NCBI GenBank assembly: GCA_041659005.1
Contig: JBAZZD010000001.1
Coordinates: forward strand, 16,366 to 80,365
Source of the DNA: Minisyncoccota bacterium
GTDB taxonomy: Bacteria > Patescibacteriota > Minisyncoccia > UBA6257 > GWB1-50-10
Reading direction: 5' to 3'
Length of the DNA stretch: 64,000 nucleotides
The notes under the pieces were generated by a model. It did not search any database, was not told where the DNA came from, and saw nothing but the letters and a program-made list of their open reading frames with translations. This document shows positions 26,929 through 35,469 of this stretch, in pieces. The position numbers and the translations under genes were made by a program. Position 1 is the stretch's first letter; each line of letters starts with the position of its first letter.

Positions 26929-28512
26929 ATGAACCAGGAAGTACAACCAAAACTCAAGTACTTCCTCTACGCTCGAAAATCTTCAGAACAAGAAGACAGA
27001 CAGGTCCTTTCGATTGACTCGCAAAAGAGCGAATTGGAAGCACTCGCAAAACGGGAAAAGCTTCAGATTGTGGAGCGTCTCGAAGAATCCTATTCAGCCA
27101 AAGCACCAGGCCGGGAGATCTTTAACGCGATGATAAAACGAATAGAGAAAGGTGAAGCGGAGGGCATTGTTGCGTGGCATCCGAACCGGCTCTCACGTAA
27201 TTCCGTGGACACCGGCTACCTGGTCTACCTTATGGACCAGAATAAACTCCTCGAAATCCGAACACCCGGACAGGCATTTAAGAATTCGCCAAATGATAAA
27301 TTTTTACTAAACCTCCTGTGCAGCCAAGCCAAACTCGAAAACGACAACAAGGGCGTGGACGTAAAACGTGGACTCAGGCGCAAAGTAGAGATGGGCTGGC
27401 ATCCGGGCGTTGCTCCAATCGGCTATATGAATACGCCGGACAAAATGAAAGGTTTTAAGACGATCCGCAAAGACCCGAAGATGTTTCCGATAATCCGGAA
27501 AATGTTCGATATGATTTTGAGCGGTACATACACCGCGCCACGTGTCCATGAAATTGCCGTCAATCAATGGGGCTTAAAGAAACTCGCCCGAAGCGGTTTC
27601 TACCGCGTGCTTTACAATTCCTTTTACTACAGTTGGTTTGAGTGGCCGGCCGGATCGGGCAACTGGCACAAGGGCAAGCACGAACCGATGATCACGCGCG
27701 ATGAATATGACCGCGTTCAGGCACTCCTTGGCCGTGGCAGCAAGCCAAAACCAGAAGCACATTCATTCGCATATACCGGAATGATCCGATGTGGTGAATG
27801 CGGATGCATGGTAACGGCCGAGAATAAAATAAAGAAAAATAAGAACGGCAATGTCCACCACTACACTTATTACCACTGCACGAAACGCAAAGGTCCATGC
27901 GCTCAGAAATGCATAGAAGTGAAAGAAATGGAAAAGCAGATTACCGGCACGCTTGCTAAAGTCCGGCCACCGGAAGAATTCCACGGCTGGGCAATGAAGT
28001 GGCTGCAGAACGAGAACGGTCGCGAAGCGGCCGACCGCAATGCGATCCTCTCTAATCAGCAGAAAAATTACGAAGCATGTGTGCGGAAACTGGACGCGCT
28101 TATAGATATGCGTGCAGCTGGGGAAATTAGTGAAGAAGAATTTGCACGAAAAAAATCAACGATCAATCAGGAGAAAGCAAAACTGCATGAGCTTTTGAAT
28201 GATACTGACGCGCGGGTGGACAGCTGGCTGCAGACGGCCGATAACGTGATCAAGTTCGCAACAGACGCCAAAGAAGCATTTACGGAACGGGGCCAGCACG
28301 CGAGAAAAGTCATTTTATCCGCCTTAGGTTCGAACCTCCTCCTAAAGGACAAAAACATAAGCATTGACACGGATTCTGCGCTTCTGCCGATGATTCTCGT
28401 CTCAAATTCGTCCGCAAAAAATTCTGGCACGTTCGAACCTCCGAATGAAGGCTCTAATAAAGAGAAAAGCCACGCTTTTGACGTGGCAAATCCCATGTGG
28501 CTCCCCGGGTAG
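26929..28512 (+). CDS. Large serine recombinase (integrase)
   Basis: YARKSSE catalytic Ser, NRLSRN, recombinase domain, zinc ribbon CGECG...YYHC...C, coiled coil; last codons WLPG* lie in the tRNA antisense. Confidence 0.95.
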   Translation: MNQEVQPKLKYFLYARKSSEQEDRQVLSIDSQKSELEALAKREKLQIVERLEESYSAKAPGREIFNAMIKRIEKGEAEGIVAWHPNRLSRNSVDTGYLVYLMDQNKLLEIRTPGQAFKNSPNDKFLLNLLCSQAKLENDNKGVDVKRGLRRKVEMGWHPGVAPIGYMNTPDKMKGFKTIRKDPKMFPIIRKMFDMILSGTYTAPRVHEIAVNQWGLKKLARSGFYRVLYNSFYYSWFEWPAGSGNWHKGKHEPMITRDEYDRVQALLGRGSKPKPEAHSFAYTGMIRCGECGCMVTAENKIKKNKNGNVHHYTYYHCTKRKGPCAQKCIEVKEMEKQITGTLAKVRPPEEFHGWAMKWLQNENGREAADRNAILSNQQKNYEACVRKLDALIDMRAAGEISEEEFARKKSTINQEKAKLHELLNDTDARVDSWLQTADNVIKFATDAKEAFTERGQHARKVILSALGSNLLLKDKNISIDTDSALLPMILVSNSSAKNSGTFEPPNEGSNKEKSHAFDVANPMWLPG

Positions 28513-28572
28513 GACTCGAACCTACAACCATCGCGTTAACAGCGCGCCGCTCAACCATTGAGCTACCGGGGA
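28498..28572 (-). tRNA. tRNA-Asn(GTT), CCA encoded
   Basis: tccccggtagctcaatggttgagcggcgcgctGTTaacgcgatggttgtaggttcgagtcctacccggggagcca folds as a cloverleaf. Confidence 0.96.
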
Positions 28573-28642
28573 ATATTGTTTCCTATAAGGAACATAAGCA
28601 ATTGTAACAAAAAAGCGCCCAATGTAAAGTTCATTGTGACGC

Positions 28643-29023
28643 TTAAAAAACTCTTATAATCTCTAAAATTTGACCCTTTACCGATTCCTTCATATCCTCC
28701 TCTTCTTCGGAAACTACAACTATCGGAATTAATGGATGACTCTTCCTATGCCCCTCAACTAGATGGAGCCCAGTAACCTGAATGGGAATGACAACTCTCT
28801 CTAATCGCATAACTACGATATAAAAATCAATTCCGTCTATAATGTCTGCATATCCAAATTTCGGAGTCTTTATAAACTCAAGTATTTGCTTTTCTTTTTT
28901 CATCTTTGCGAGAACATCGAAAACTAAACCCTCTCGCCTATCACCTCGTTCTGCTGATCCTGGAAGATCATTCATCGATCGTTTCAGTATTCGCTCACGG
29001 AGCGACTCAAAACTGGAATCCAT
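28643..29023 (-). CDS. Hypothetical protein, possible PD-(D/E)xK fold
   Basis: REGLV...DIIDGIDFYI...IPIQVT spacing. Confidence 0.55.
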   Translation of the reverse strand: MDSSFESLRERILKRSMNDLPGSAERGDRREGLVFDVLAKMKKEKQILEFIKTPKFGYADIIDGIDFYIVVMRLERVVIPIQVTGLHLVEGHRKSHPLIPIVVVSEEEEDMKESVKGQILEIIRVF

Positions 29024-29209
29024 ATAGTCGCCTCAAATTTGTTAGTATGTTTAAGAACCTGTTTAGTATGCACCAAAACAAGAAAAAAATGCAACATTGA
29101 AAAAAAACGCGATCTTTTGTATAGTAAACTTCATACTTAAGAAAACTGATAATCATGAAGCCCCTATAGCTCAGTTGGTAGATCCGCCGTGGCGGACTCT
29201 TAAGCAAAT

Positions 29210-29464
29210 ATGTTCTTCGTCTATTTAATAAAAAGTAAAACATCAGGAAAAATATATATTGGACAAACGATAAATCTTGAAAAAAGATTAATGCGGCACA
29301 ATGGAATACTTCCAACAAAAAATTCATCATTCACTAATAAACAAGGGGAAAATTGGGAGGTACTATATACAGAACAATTTAAAACAAGAACAGAAGCAAA
29401 AAAGAGAGAAAGAGAATTAAAATCAGGAAAAGGTAGAGAATTTCTTAAAAATCTAATACAGTAG
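29210..29464 (+). CDS. Small GIY-YIG nuclease family protein, copy 1
   Basis: FVYLIKS...IYIGQT.NLEKRL.RHN...A.KRERELKSGKGR. Confidence 0.9.
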   Translation: MFFVYLIKSKTSGKIYIGQTINLEKRLMRHNGILPTKNSSFTNKQGENWEVLYTEQFKTRTEAKKRERELKSGKGREFLKNLIQ

Positions 29465-29520
29465 TAATAAGCCCCTATAGCTCAGTTGGTAGATCCGCCG
29501 TGGCGGACTCTTAAGCAAAT

Positions 29521-29775
29521 ATGTTCTTCGTCTATTTAATAAAAAGTAAAACATCAGGAAAAATATATATTGGACAAACGATAAATCTTGAAAAAAGATT
29601 AATGCGGCACAATGGAATACTTCCAACAAAAAATTCATCATTCACTAATAAACAAGGGGAAAATTGGGAGGTACTATATACAGAACAATTTAAAACAAGA
29701 ACAGAAGCAAAAAAGAGAGAAAGAGAATTAAAATCAGGAAAAGGTAGAGAATTTCTTAAAAATCTAATACAGTAG
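29521..29775 (+). CDS. Small GIY-YIG nuclease family protein, copy 2
   Basis: Identical to 29210..29464. Confidence 0.88.
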   Translation: MFFVYLIKSKTSGKIYIGQTINLEKRLMRHNGILPTKNSSFTNKQGENWEVLYTEQFKTRTEAKKRERELKSGKGREFLKNLIQ

Positions 29776-29781
29776 TAATAA

Positions 29782-29854
29782 GCCCCTATAGCTCAGTTGG
29801 TAGAGCAGTTGCCTCTTAAGCAAACGGTCCTAGGTTCAAATCCTAGTGGGGGCA
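29782..29854 (+). tRNA. tRNA-Lys(CTT), CCA not encoded
   Basis: gcccctatagctcagttggtagagcagttgcctCTTaagcaaacggtcctaggttcaaatcctagtgggggca. Confidence 0.95.
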
Positions 29855-29893
29855 CAAATTAAAAAATCCAAATTTGTTTGGGTTTTTTAATTT

Positions 29894-30028
29894 CTACTAG
29901 AATTTGAACAAAAGAGGGGTCGGGAGAACATTTCGGTCTCCCGCGTAGGAAATAGCCCGAAGGGCGTTTAGAAACCGAAGGTTTCTAAGGAGCGGAGCGA
30001 CGTTCAATTCCCTAGTGGGGGCACAAAT
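29894..30028. repeat. Hairpin-rich element bounded by inverted and direct copies of the tRNA-Lys 3' end
   Basis: ctactagaatttgaac (inverted T-arm, 14/16) and gttcaattccctagtgggggcacaaat (direct copy). Confidence 0.75.
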
Positions 30029-30144
30029 ACCAAATTCCTACAGAGATGTCAGAATTTGAATTTTTAATTATTAATTTCTAATTTTTAAATAATAAGAATT
30101 CGAACACTTTCAGTCTACCTAATAAAATCCCCCAAATACGGGGG

Positions 30145-30390
30145 TTATTTTTTATCTTCATTTTTTTCTGAACGTTTTAAGCGTCCTTCAAGGATATATT
30201 TTTCTCCAAATACTTTAGCTCCTCCATGTGTGACATAATGTTCTGCGGCTTCTTCTCTGGTAGGTGTACGTCCCAATTTTTGAGACGCGTAATACATATT
30301 GTCCGCGCCAAGTATTTCTTTTTTCTCAAGTTCGAGATATTCAGCAAGAGATAATACTAATTTCCCTGTTTCAGGATCTGTTCTTGCCAT
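30145..30390 (-). CDS. Hypothetical protein
   Basis: 81-aa ORF with GGAG RBS-like sequence upstream. Confidence 0.65.
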   Translation of the reverse strand: MARTDPETGKLVLSLAEYLELEKKEILGADNMYYASQKLGRTPTREEAAEHYVTHGGAKVFGEKYILEGRLKRSEKNEDKK

Positions 30391-30468
30391 TACAACTCCA
30401 AATTGTTAATAGTGCTAAAAATGATACTACTCAATACAGAAAAAATCAAAAAATGATAAATTTCAGAA

Positions 30469-31392
30469 TTATCGATCAAAGATAGAAATGAGATATGCAT
30501 CAACCTCGCGTTGAGTGAGATCGTAAAAATTTTTATTTTCGTCGTGAAGTTTTTTCGCAAGTGCCACCCCTACAAATCGCCAATGCCATGGCTCATATTG
30601 ATAATATGCATTTCCCTTTGGATACGAAAGAATAAACCCATATCGATATGCATTTTCTACAAGCCATTTATATTCAGGTTTACTTTCAAAATCTTTTACT
30701 AATTTTTTTATTATCGGAGTTGTAAAATCAACGGTCGTACCAAGTTGATGTTCTGAATATCCTTGATCAGCAGAAAATTGATTCGCACCAGAACCATAGA
30801 GTACTTTATATCCAGTCTTTACAGATATTTGATCGTCAAACGAACGGTATGCTGAAACAATCTTTAGATTTACTCCAGCATTTTTGGCATCGGACATCAT
30901 CACCGAGAGAAAAGGAATTACGTCCCCGTGAAAATACAACTCCCCTTCTGTATTAAGAAGATACTGTCCATCTATTCTCGAAAGTTTTGAAGGAATATAA
31001 TTCTCGCTCAAAAAATAAATTTTAGAATATTTCTTTAGAAGTTCCTTATCGGTTTGGCTTAGTTTTTGTAATGTCCCCACCACTCCTGATATGCTCCGGA
31101 TCTGAGATTCAAACATTGTATTTTTTGCCTGTTCCGTCTGAAGATTATTTGAAAGATTTGAATTAGTAGTCTTCTCGCTATTAAGTAAGTCGGTTAAATC
31201 AATATTCTCAACTTTAGCACGCAAAAAAAGTTCTTTTATATGAACCAGTGATCGCTCAGACAATGAGATTTCGCTCATTAATGATTTATTCTTTTCTATT
31301 GAATCAAAATAAAAAAATGCTCCATAGGCAAATCCACTAATAGTCAAAAGCATGACAAAGATAAAAATAACTCTTTTTATGTTAATTCCCAT
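30469..31392 (-). CDS. M15B/VanY-family D-Ala-D-Ala carboxypeptidase with N-terminal anchor and coiled coil
   Basis: SAYRS, SEHQLG.TVD, YEPWHWRFVG. Confidence 0.92.
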   Translation of the reverse strand: MGINIKRVIFIFVMLLTISGFAYGAFFYFDSIEKNKSLMSEISLSERSLVHIKELFLRAKVENIDLTDLLNSEKTTNSNLSNNLQTEQAKNTMFESQIRSISGVVGTLQKLSQTDKELLKKYSKIYFLSENYIPSKLSRIDGQYLLNTEGELYFHGDVIPFLSVMMSDAKNAGVNLKIVSAYRSFDDQISVKTGYKVLYGSGANQFSADQGYSEHQLGTTVDFTTPIIKKLVKDFESKPEYKWLVENAYRYGFILSYPKGNAYYQYEPWHWRFVGVALAKKLHDENKNFYDLTQREVDAYLISIFDR

Positions 31393-31434
31393 ATATCAAG
31401 ATTCTACCACAATAATTTGAAGTGAAGTTTTTAA

Positions 31435-32535
31435 TTATTTCAAAATTTCCCAAAGTTTTGGATCGCTTTCCCCATCAATACGAAATATCATAATCCCTCT
31501 AAGTCCATATTTCTTTGCAAGTTTTATTTTGTCTTGAATTGCATATGCATCAGAAAATGAAATAAATCGCAAAGAACTTGTAGTGTTGCCGAGTGTTGAA
31601 GATGCATATGTTAATCCAAATTCGCCGGCGCTGTTCCTCGCTCCATTTTTATTAGTGCGCGTGAGAATCTCTGATACATCATTGTAGGTGACACTCCGCA
31701 ATTTTTCATATTTTACAGTACTTGATGATTCAGTTGTTGAAAGTGCATACTCATATCCAAAATTTGCAACACCAAGTATTAGTTTTTCTTTTTTAATAGA
31801 TTTAAGTGTCTCTTTTATCACCTTCTCAGTCCATTCTTTGTCCGCCACTGGCATATAATAGTTCCCTTTTATCTGTTTCTTCTTATTTAAGAGTAAATCA
31901 ATAGATCCTTGTCCGTATGCCATAATACGCACTTCATCGCATACTTTTCCTAATTCCTTAAAATCATTTGCATATTCAAGATCTTTTGGAATTTTTACAA
32001 AACGGGAGGACACGGGAGTTCTCGCCTCAATAGTACATGAAAGCATCTTTTTTCTTTTTGTTAATTCTTTCTTTAATTCAGTTAAAAATTTAGTAAAATA
32101 TACTCGCGTATCTGCAAATTTATTTTCATAATCAATATCAACACCATCAAAATCATTTTGATCAATAAGTGTAATTATATTTTTTATATGTATACTACGG
32201 AGCGTTGAAGAAGAAAGTATTGTATGTATCTCATTGCCTTTCATCCATGAGATCGTGGGAATAATTGTTTTTCCTTCACTTCCCGCAAGCTCAAGTAACT
32301 GAAGCCAACTCTCTTCTTGTAATTTCATTGCATCCCATATTTTTCCATTTTTTTGAACCTCATACGAAAATGGGCTAATTGTCCTTATTTTTGAAATATT
32401 TTTTGCGACTTCTGGAACTGCAGCAATTCGTTTCCAGTAAGGAATCCATACACCATAAGAAAATTTTGTTGCGCTAAGAACAAACATTGGCGCAATAAAA
32501 ACTACTATGCCTAAAAATACACACAACCGCTTCAT
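31435..32535 (-). CDS. Glycoside hydrolase family 18 protein
   Basis: Signal peptide; FDGVDIDYE catalytic motif; RIMAY. Confidence 0.88.
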   Translation of the reverse strand: MKRLCVFLGIVVFIAPMFVLSATKFSYGVWIPYWKRIAAVPEVAKNISKIRTISPFSYEVQKNGKIWDAMKLQEESWLQLLELAGSEGKTIIPTISWMKGNEIHTILSSSTLRSIHIKNIITLIDQNDFDGVDIDYENKFADTRVYFTKFLTELKKELTKRKKMLSCTIEARTPVSSRFVKIPKDLEYANDFKELGKVCDEVRIMAYGQGSIDLLLNKKKQIKGNYYMPVADKEWTEKVIKETLKSIKKEKLILGVANFGYEYALSTTESSSTVKYEKLRSVTYNDVSEILTRTNKNGARNSAGEFGLTYASSTLGNTTSSLRFISFSDAYAIQDKIKLAKKYGLRGIMIFRIDGESDPKLWEILK

Positions 32536-32592
32536 TGTTTTGTATCCTATATCCTTTTCTTATGATTCGCAATTAAAACCGTCCTTAAATTC

Positions 32593-35307
32593 CTATGAAC
32601 AGCCCCCCGATGAGGTGCCACACTGAAGACACGTTTGACAGGTTCCTGTACGAACCATCATTCCTCCACACTTTTTACACACCGTGTCCCCCGCTGCTTG
32701 TCCTTTACTGAACGTCGTCCTTGCTTCTGTATCTATTGGATTCTTCGCCATTACTGAAACCGATGTTTTTAACTCTTTTATTTCAATATGATTTCCGTTC
32801 TCTGCTGGTAACATACCAAATTCAGAAAGATCGTCAGCAGAAAGAAAACGAAGTGAAAGATACCTGAAAATATAATCAGCAATACTCGTTGCTATTTTTA
32901 TATTCGGATTTTCGGTAAACCCGGCCGGTTCAAATCGTGTATAAATAAATTTACGAGCAAACTCTCTAAATGGGACTCCATATTGAAGTGCCATGGAGAC
33001 CGAAATTGCAAATGTATCTAAAAGTCCAGAAAGGGTACTTCCTTGTTTTGACATCCGAATAAAAATTTCTGCAAGTGTTCCGTCTTCAAACATGCTATAG
33101 GTGAGATATCCACTATGTCCGGCAATAGAAAATTTGTGAGTTTCAGAAACTCTGGTCATCGGCAGTCTTTTCCTCAAAGGGATCTCGCTATGTTTTTGTG
33201 AATTCTTTTTTTCTGAAGTGTTAAGAGGTTGTGTTGCTTTTGATCCATCACGATACACGGCAAATGCCTTTATTCCAAGTTTCCACGCCATAAGATATGA
33301 CTCAGCAATCTCATCAACGCTTGTCTCATTTGGCATGTTAAATGTTTTTGAAATTGCCCCAGAAATAAATGGTTGAACTGCCGCAACCATTTTTACATGA
33401 CCCCTCCAAGAAATAGTACGGCTACCTTTTGCTGGACGCGCCGCACAATCAAATATCGGAAGGTGTGAATCTTTGAGATGTGGAGCTCCTTCGATTGTTG
33501 CCTCACTCGCAATCCAAGAAAGAATTTCACTTCTCTCGGTTTCATTGTATCCAAGTTTTGAGAGTGCTGGCTCAACACATGAATTTACAATCTTCATCCA
33601 TCCCCCACCAACCAACTGTTTCATTTTTACAATTGCAAAATCTGGCTCAACACCAGTGGTGTCGCAATCCATCATAAATGAAATTGTCCCTGTTGGTGCA
33701 AGAACTGTCACTTGTGCATTTCTATATCCCGATTTTTCTCCAAGTTCATACGCTTCATCCCAAACAATCTGTGCTTCCTTTCCAAGTTTCTTATCATCAA
33801 GATACATTATGTCAACATTTCGGGATGCCACTTGATGCATTTTTATTATTTGAAGCATTGCCTCACGGTTTATTTCATACGCCTCAAAGACACCCATCCG
33901 CTTTGCAATGACCGATGAGAAACGGTATGCCTCTCCAGACATGAGTGAGGTAATCGCACCCGCCCACGCACGCCCCTCTTCTGAATCATAAGGAATTCCT
34001 TTTGTCATAAGGAGAGCTCCTAAGTTTGCATATCCAAGCCCCAATTGACGCATTTTATGTGTATTTTCGCCTATTCTATCGGTAGGATAACTCGATGCAT
34101 CAATGATAATTTCTTGGGCAAGAATGAAAATATCAACTGCGTGCCGAAATTCTTTTACGGCGAATGTGCCGTCCGCACGAGTAAATTTCATTAAATTAAT
34201 TGACGCGAGATTGCACGCGGAGTTATCAACGTGCATATACTCCGAACATGGATTTGATGCGTTAATTCTTCCTGAATTCGGACATGTATGCCACTTATTA
34301 ATTGTCGTATCAAATTGCACACCTGGATCTCCACATTCCCACGCAGCTTTTGCAATTTCATTTAGTATGTCGCGTGCACGATATGTTTCAGCAACACGTT
34401 TTGAAACAATATGTTTTGTTTGCCACTCTCCATCTTTTTCTGCAGCATCCATAAATTCGTCAGAGATGCGCACCGAATTATTCGCATTCTGATATTGAAT
34501 TGAATTCCATGCGTCGTCATTTAAATCTCCCATATTAAATCCAGCGTCCATTAGTGCGTGAATTTTTTTCTCTTCTGCTGCTTTTGTACGAATGAACTCC
34601 AAAATATCTGGATGATCAATGTTTAATACAACCATTTTCGCAGCACGTCGTGTTGTTCCACCAGACTTAATCATTCCCGCAACTGAATCTGCACCACGCA
34701 TAAATGAAATTGGACCAGATGCCTGTCCACCCTTAGAAAGTGGTTCACTTTTTGAACGAAGTGAAGAAAGATTTATTCCTGCTCCAGAACCACCTTTGAA
34801 AATTAATCCTTCAGTTTTTATCCAATCAAGAATAGAACGCATATCATCTTCTACTGAAAGAATAAAACATGCGGAACATTGCGGCTTCTCTTTTGTTCCA
34901 ACATTAAACCATACAGGACTATTAAATGACCCCTTTTGATTTAATAATATATGTATCAATTCATCTTCAAAAATTTGTGCTTGTTTTATATTTGTAAAAT
35001 ATCCAAACTTCTCTCCCCATGTACGAATTGTTTTTGCAACGCGTGTTATCATCTGTTTCGCACTTTCTTCTCTATCAGATGATCCAAGTTTCCCACGAAA
35101 ATATTTTGATACAGTAATATTCACTGCGTTTGGCGACCAAAATTCTGGAAATTCAACATTTGATTGTTTAAAGGAGGCAACACTTGCATCACGAATAACC
35201 CAACGAACTTCATCAAACGGATGTATATTTTCTTTTGTAAACATCCGACGTAGCGTGATCTGACTTTTTGTTTTTACTGTTCCTTTTTCTAGTTTCCTCG
35301 TTGCCAT
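32593..35307 (-). CDS. nrdJ: Class II (adenosylcobalamin-dependent) ribonucleotide reductase with C-terminal TSCPD-type domain
   Basis: FNSPVWFN, QCSACFI, TRRAAKM, SNPCSE, APTGTIS, GAISKT, YRDGSK, terminal Cys cluster. Confidence 0.95.
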   Translation of the reverse strand: MATRKLEKGTVKTKSQITLRRMFTKENIHPFDEVRWVIRDASVASFKQSNVEFPEFWSPNAVNITVSKYFRGKLGSSDREESAKQMITRVAKTIRTWGEKFGYFTNIKQAQIFEDELIHILLNQKGSFNSPVWFNVGTKEKPQCSACFILSVEDDMRSILDWIKTEGLIFKGGSGAGINLSSLRSKSEPLSKGGQASGPISFMRGADSVAGMIKSGGTTRRAAKMVVLNIDHPDILEFIRTKAAEEKKIHALMDAGFNMGDLNDDAWNSIQYQNANNSVRISDEFMDAAEKDGEWQTKHIVSKRVAETYRARDILNEIAKAAWECGDPGVQFDTTINKWHTCPNSGRINASNPCSEYMHVDNSACNLASINLMKFTRADGTFAVKEFRHAVDIFILAQEIIIDASSYPTDRIGENTHKMRQLGLGYANLGALLMTKGIPYDSEEGRAWAGAITSLMSGEAYRFSSVIAKRMGVFEAYEINREAMLQIIKMHQVASRNVDIMYLDDKKLGKEAQIVWDEAYELGEKSGYRNAQVTVLAPTGTISFMMDCDTTGVEPDFAIVKMKQLVGGGWMKIVNSCVEPALSKLGYNETERSEILSWIASEATIEGAPHLKDSHLPIFDCAARPAKGSRTISWRGHVKMVAAVQPFISGAISKTFNMPNETSVDEIAESYLMAWKLGIKAFAVYRDGSKATQPLNTSEKKNSQKHSEIPLRKRLPMTRVSETHKFSIAGHSGYLTYSMFEDGTLAEIFIRMSKQGSTLSGLLDTFAISVSMALQYGVPFREFARKFIYTRFEPAGFTENPNIKIATSIADYIFRYLSLRFLSADDLSEFGMLPAENGNHIEIKELKTSVSVMAKNPIDTEARTTFSKGQAAGDTVCKKCGGMMVRTGTCQTCLQCGTSSGGCS

Positions 35308-35469
35308 GCACTCACTCTACCATAGGTATAAATCTTTACTATGTTCACAACTCCATGACAATATAAAGAACTGAGCCAACTGTCCACCCCAGATACCATT
35401 TGATACATTTTTATACAAAAAACACTCACAAAAACACATTTATAGAATATTTTTGTGGCACAAAACCGT

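Larger units (their letters stand above)
13133..28504. mobile_element. About 15.4-kb serine-recombinase integrative element (defence island) in the tRNA-Asn 3' end
   Basis: Direct repeat tggctcc at 13133-13139 and 28498-28504; recombinase runs into the tRNA; Rep-like, HTH and SpoVG genes; visibly higher GC across much of 20-28.5 kb. Confidence 0.85.
29160..29781 (+). repeat. Two identical 311-bp tandem units (tRNA-Lys 5' half + 14-bp palindrome + GIY-YIG gene)
   Basis: Units start at 29160 and 29471; the intact tRNA starts 311 bp later at 29782. Confidence 0.92.

Noticed and set aside
29160-29208. Intron-containing or split tRNA-Lys
   Set aside because: The 5' fragment has lost part of the D and anticodon stems, no separate 3' half follows the ORF, no group I intron core is visible, and a complete tRNA lies downstream
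29007-29641. Minus-strand ORFs 29007..29330 and 29453..29641
   Set aside because: Antisense to the GIY-YIG units; repeated only because the unit is repeated
32593-35307. Intein or intron in nrdJ
   Set aside because: Catalytic motifs are contiguous, the length is normal and no intein or homing-endonuclease motifs are seen
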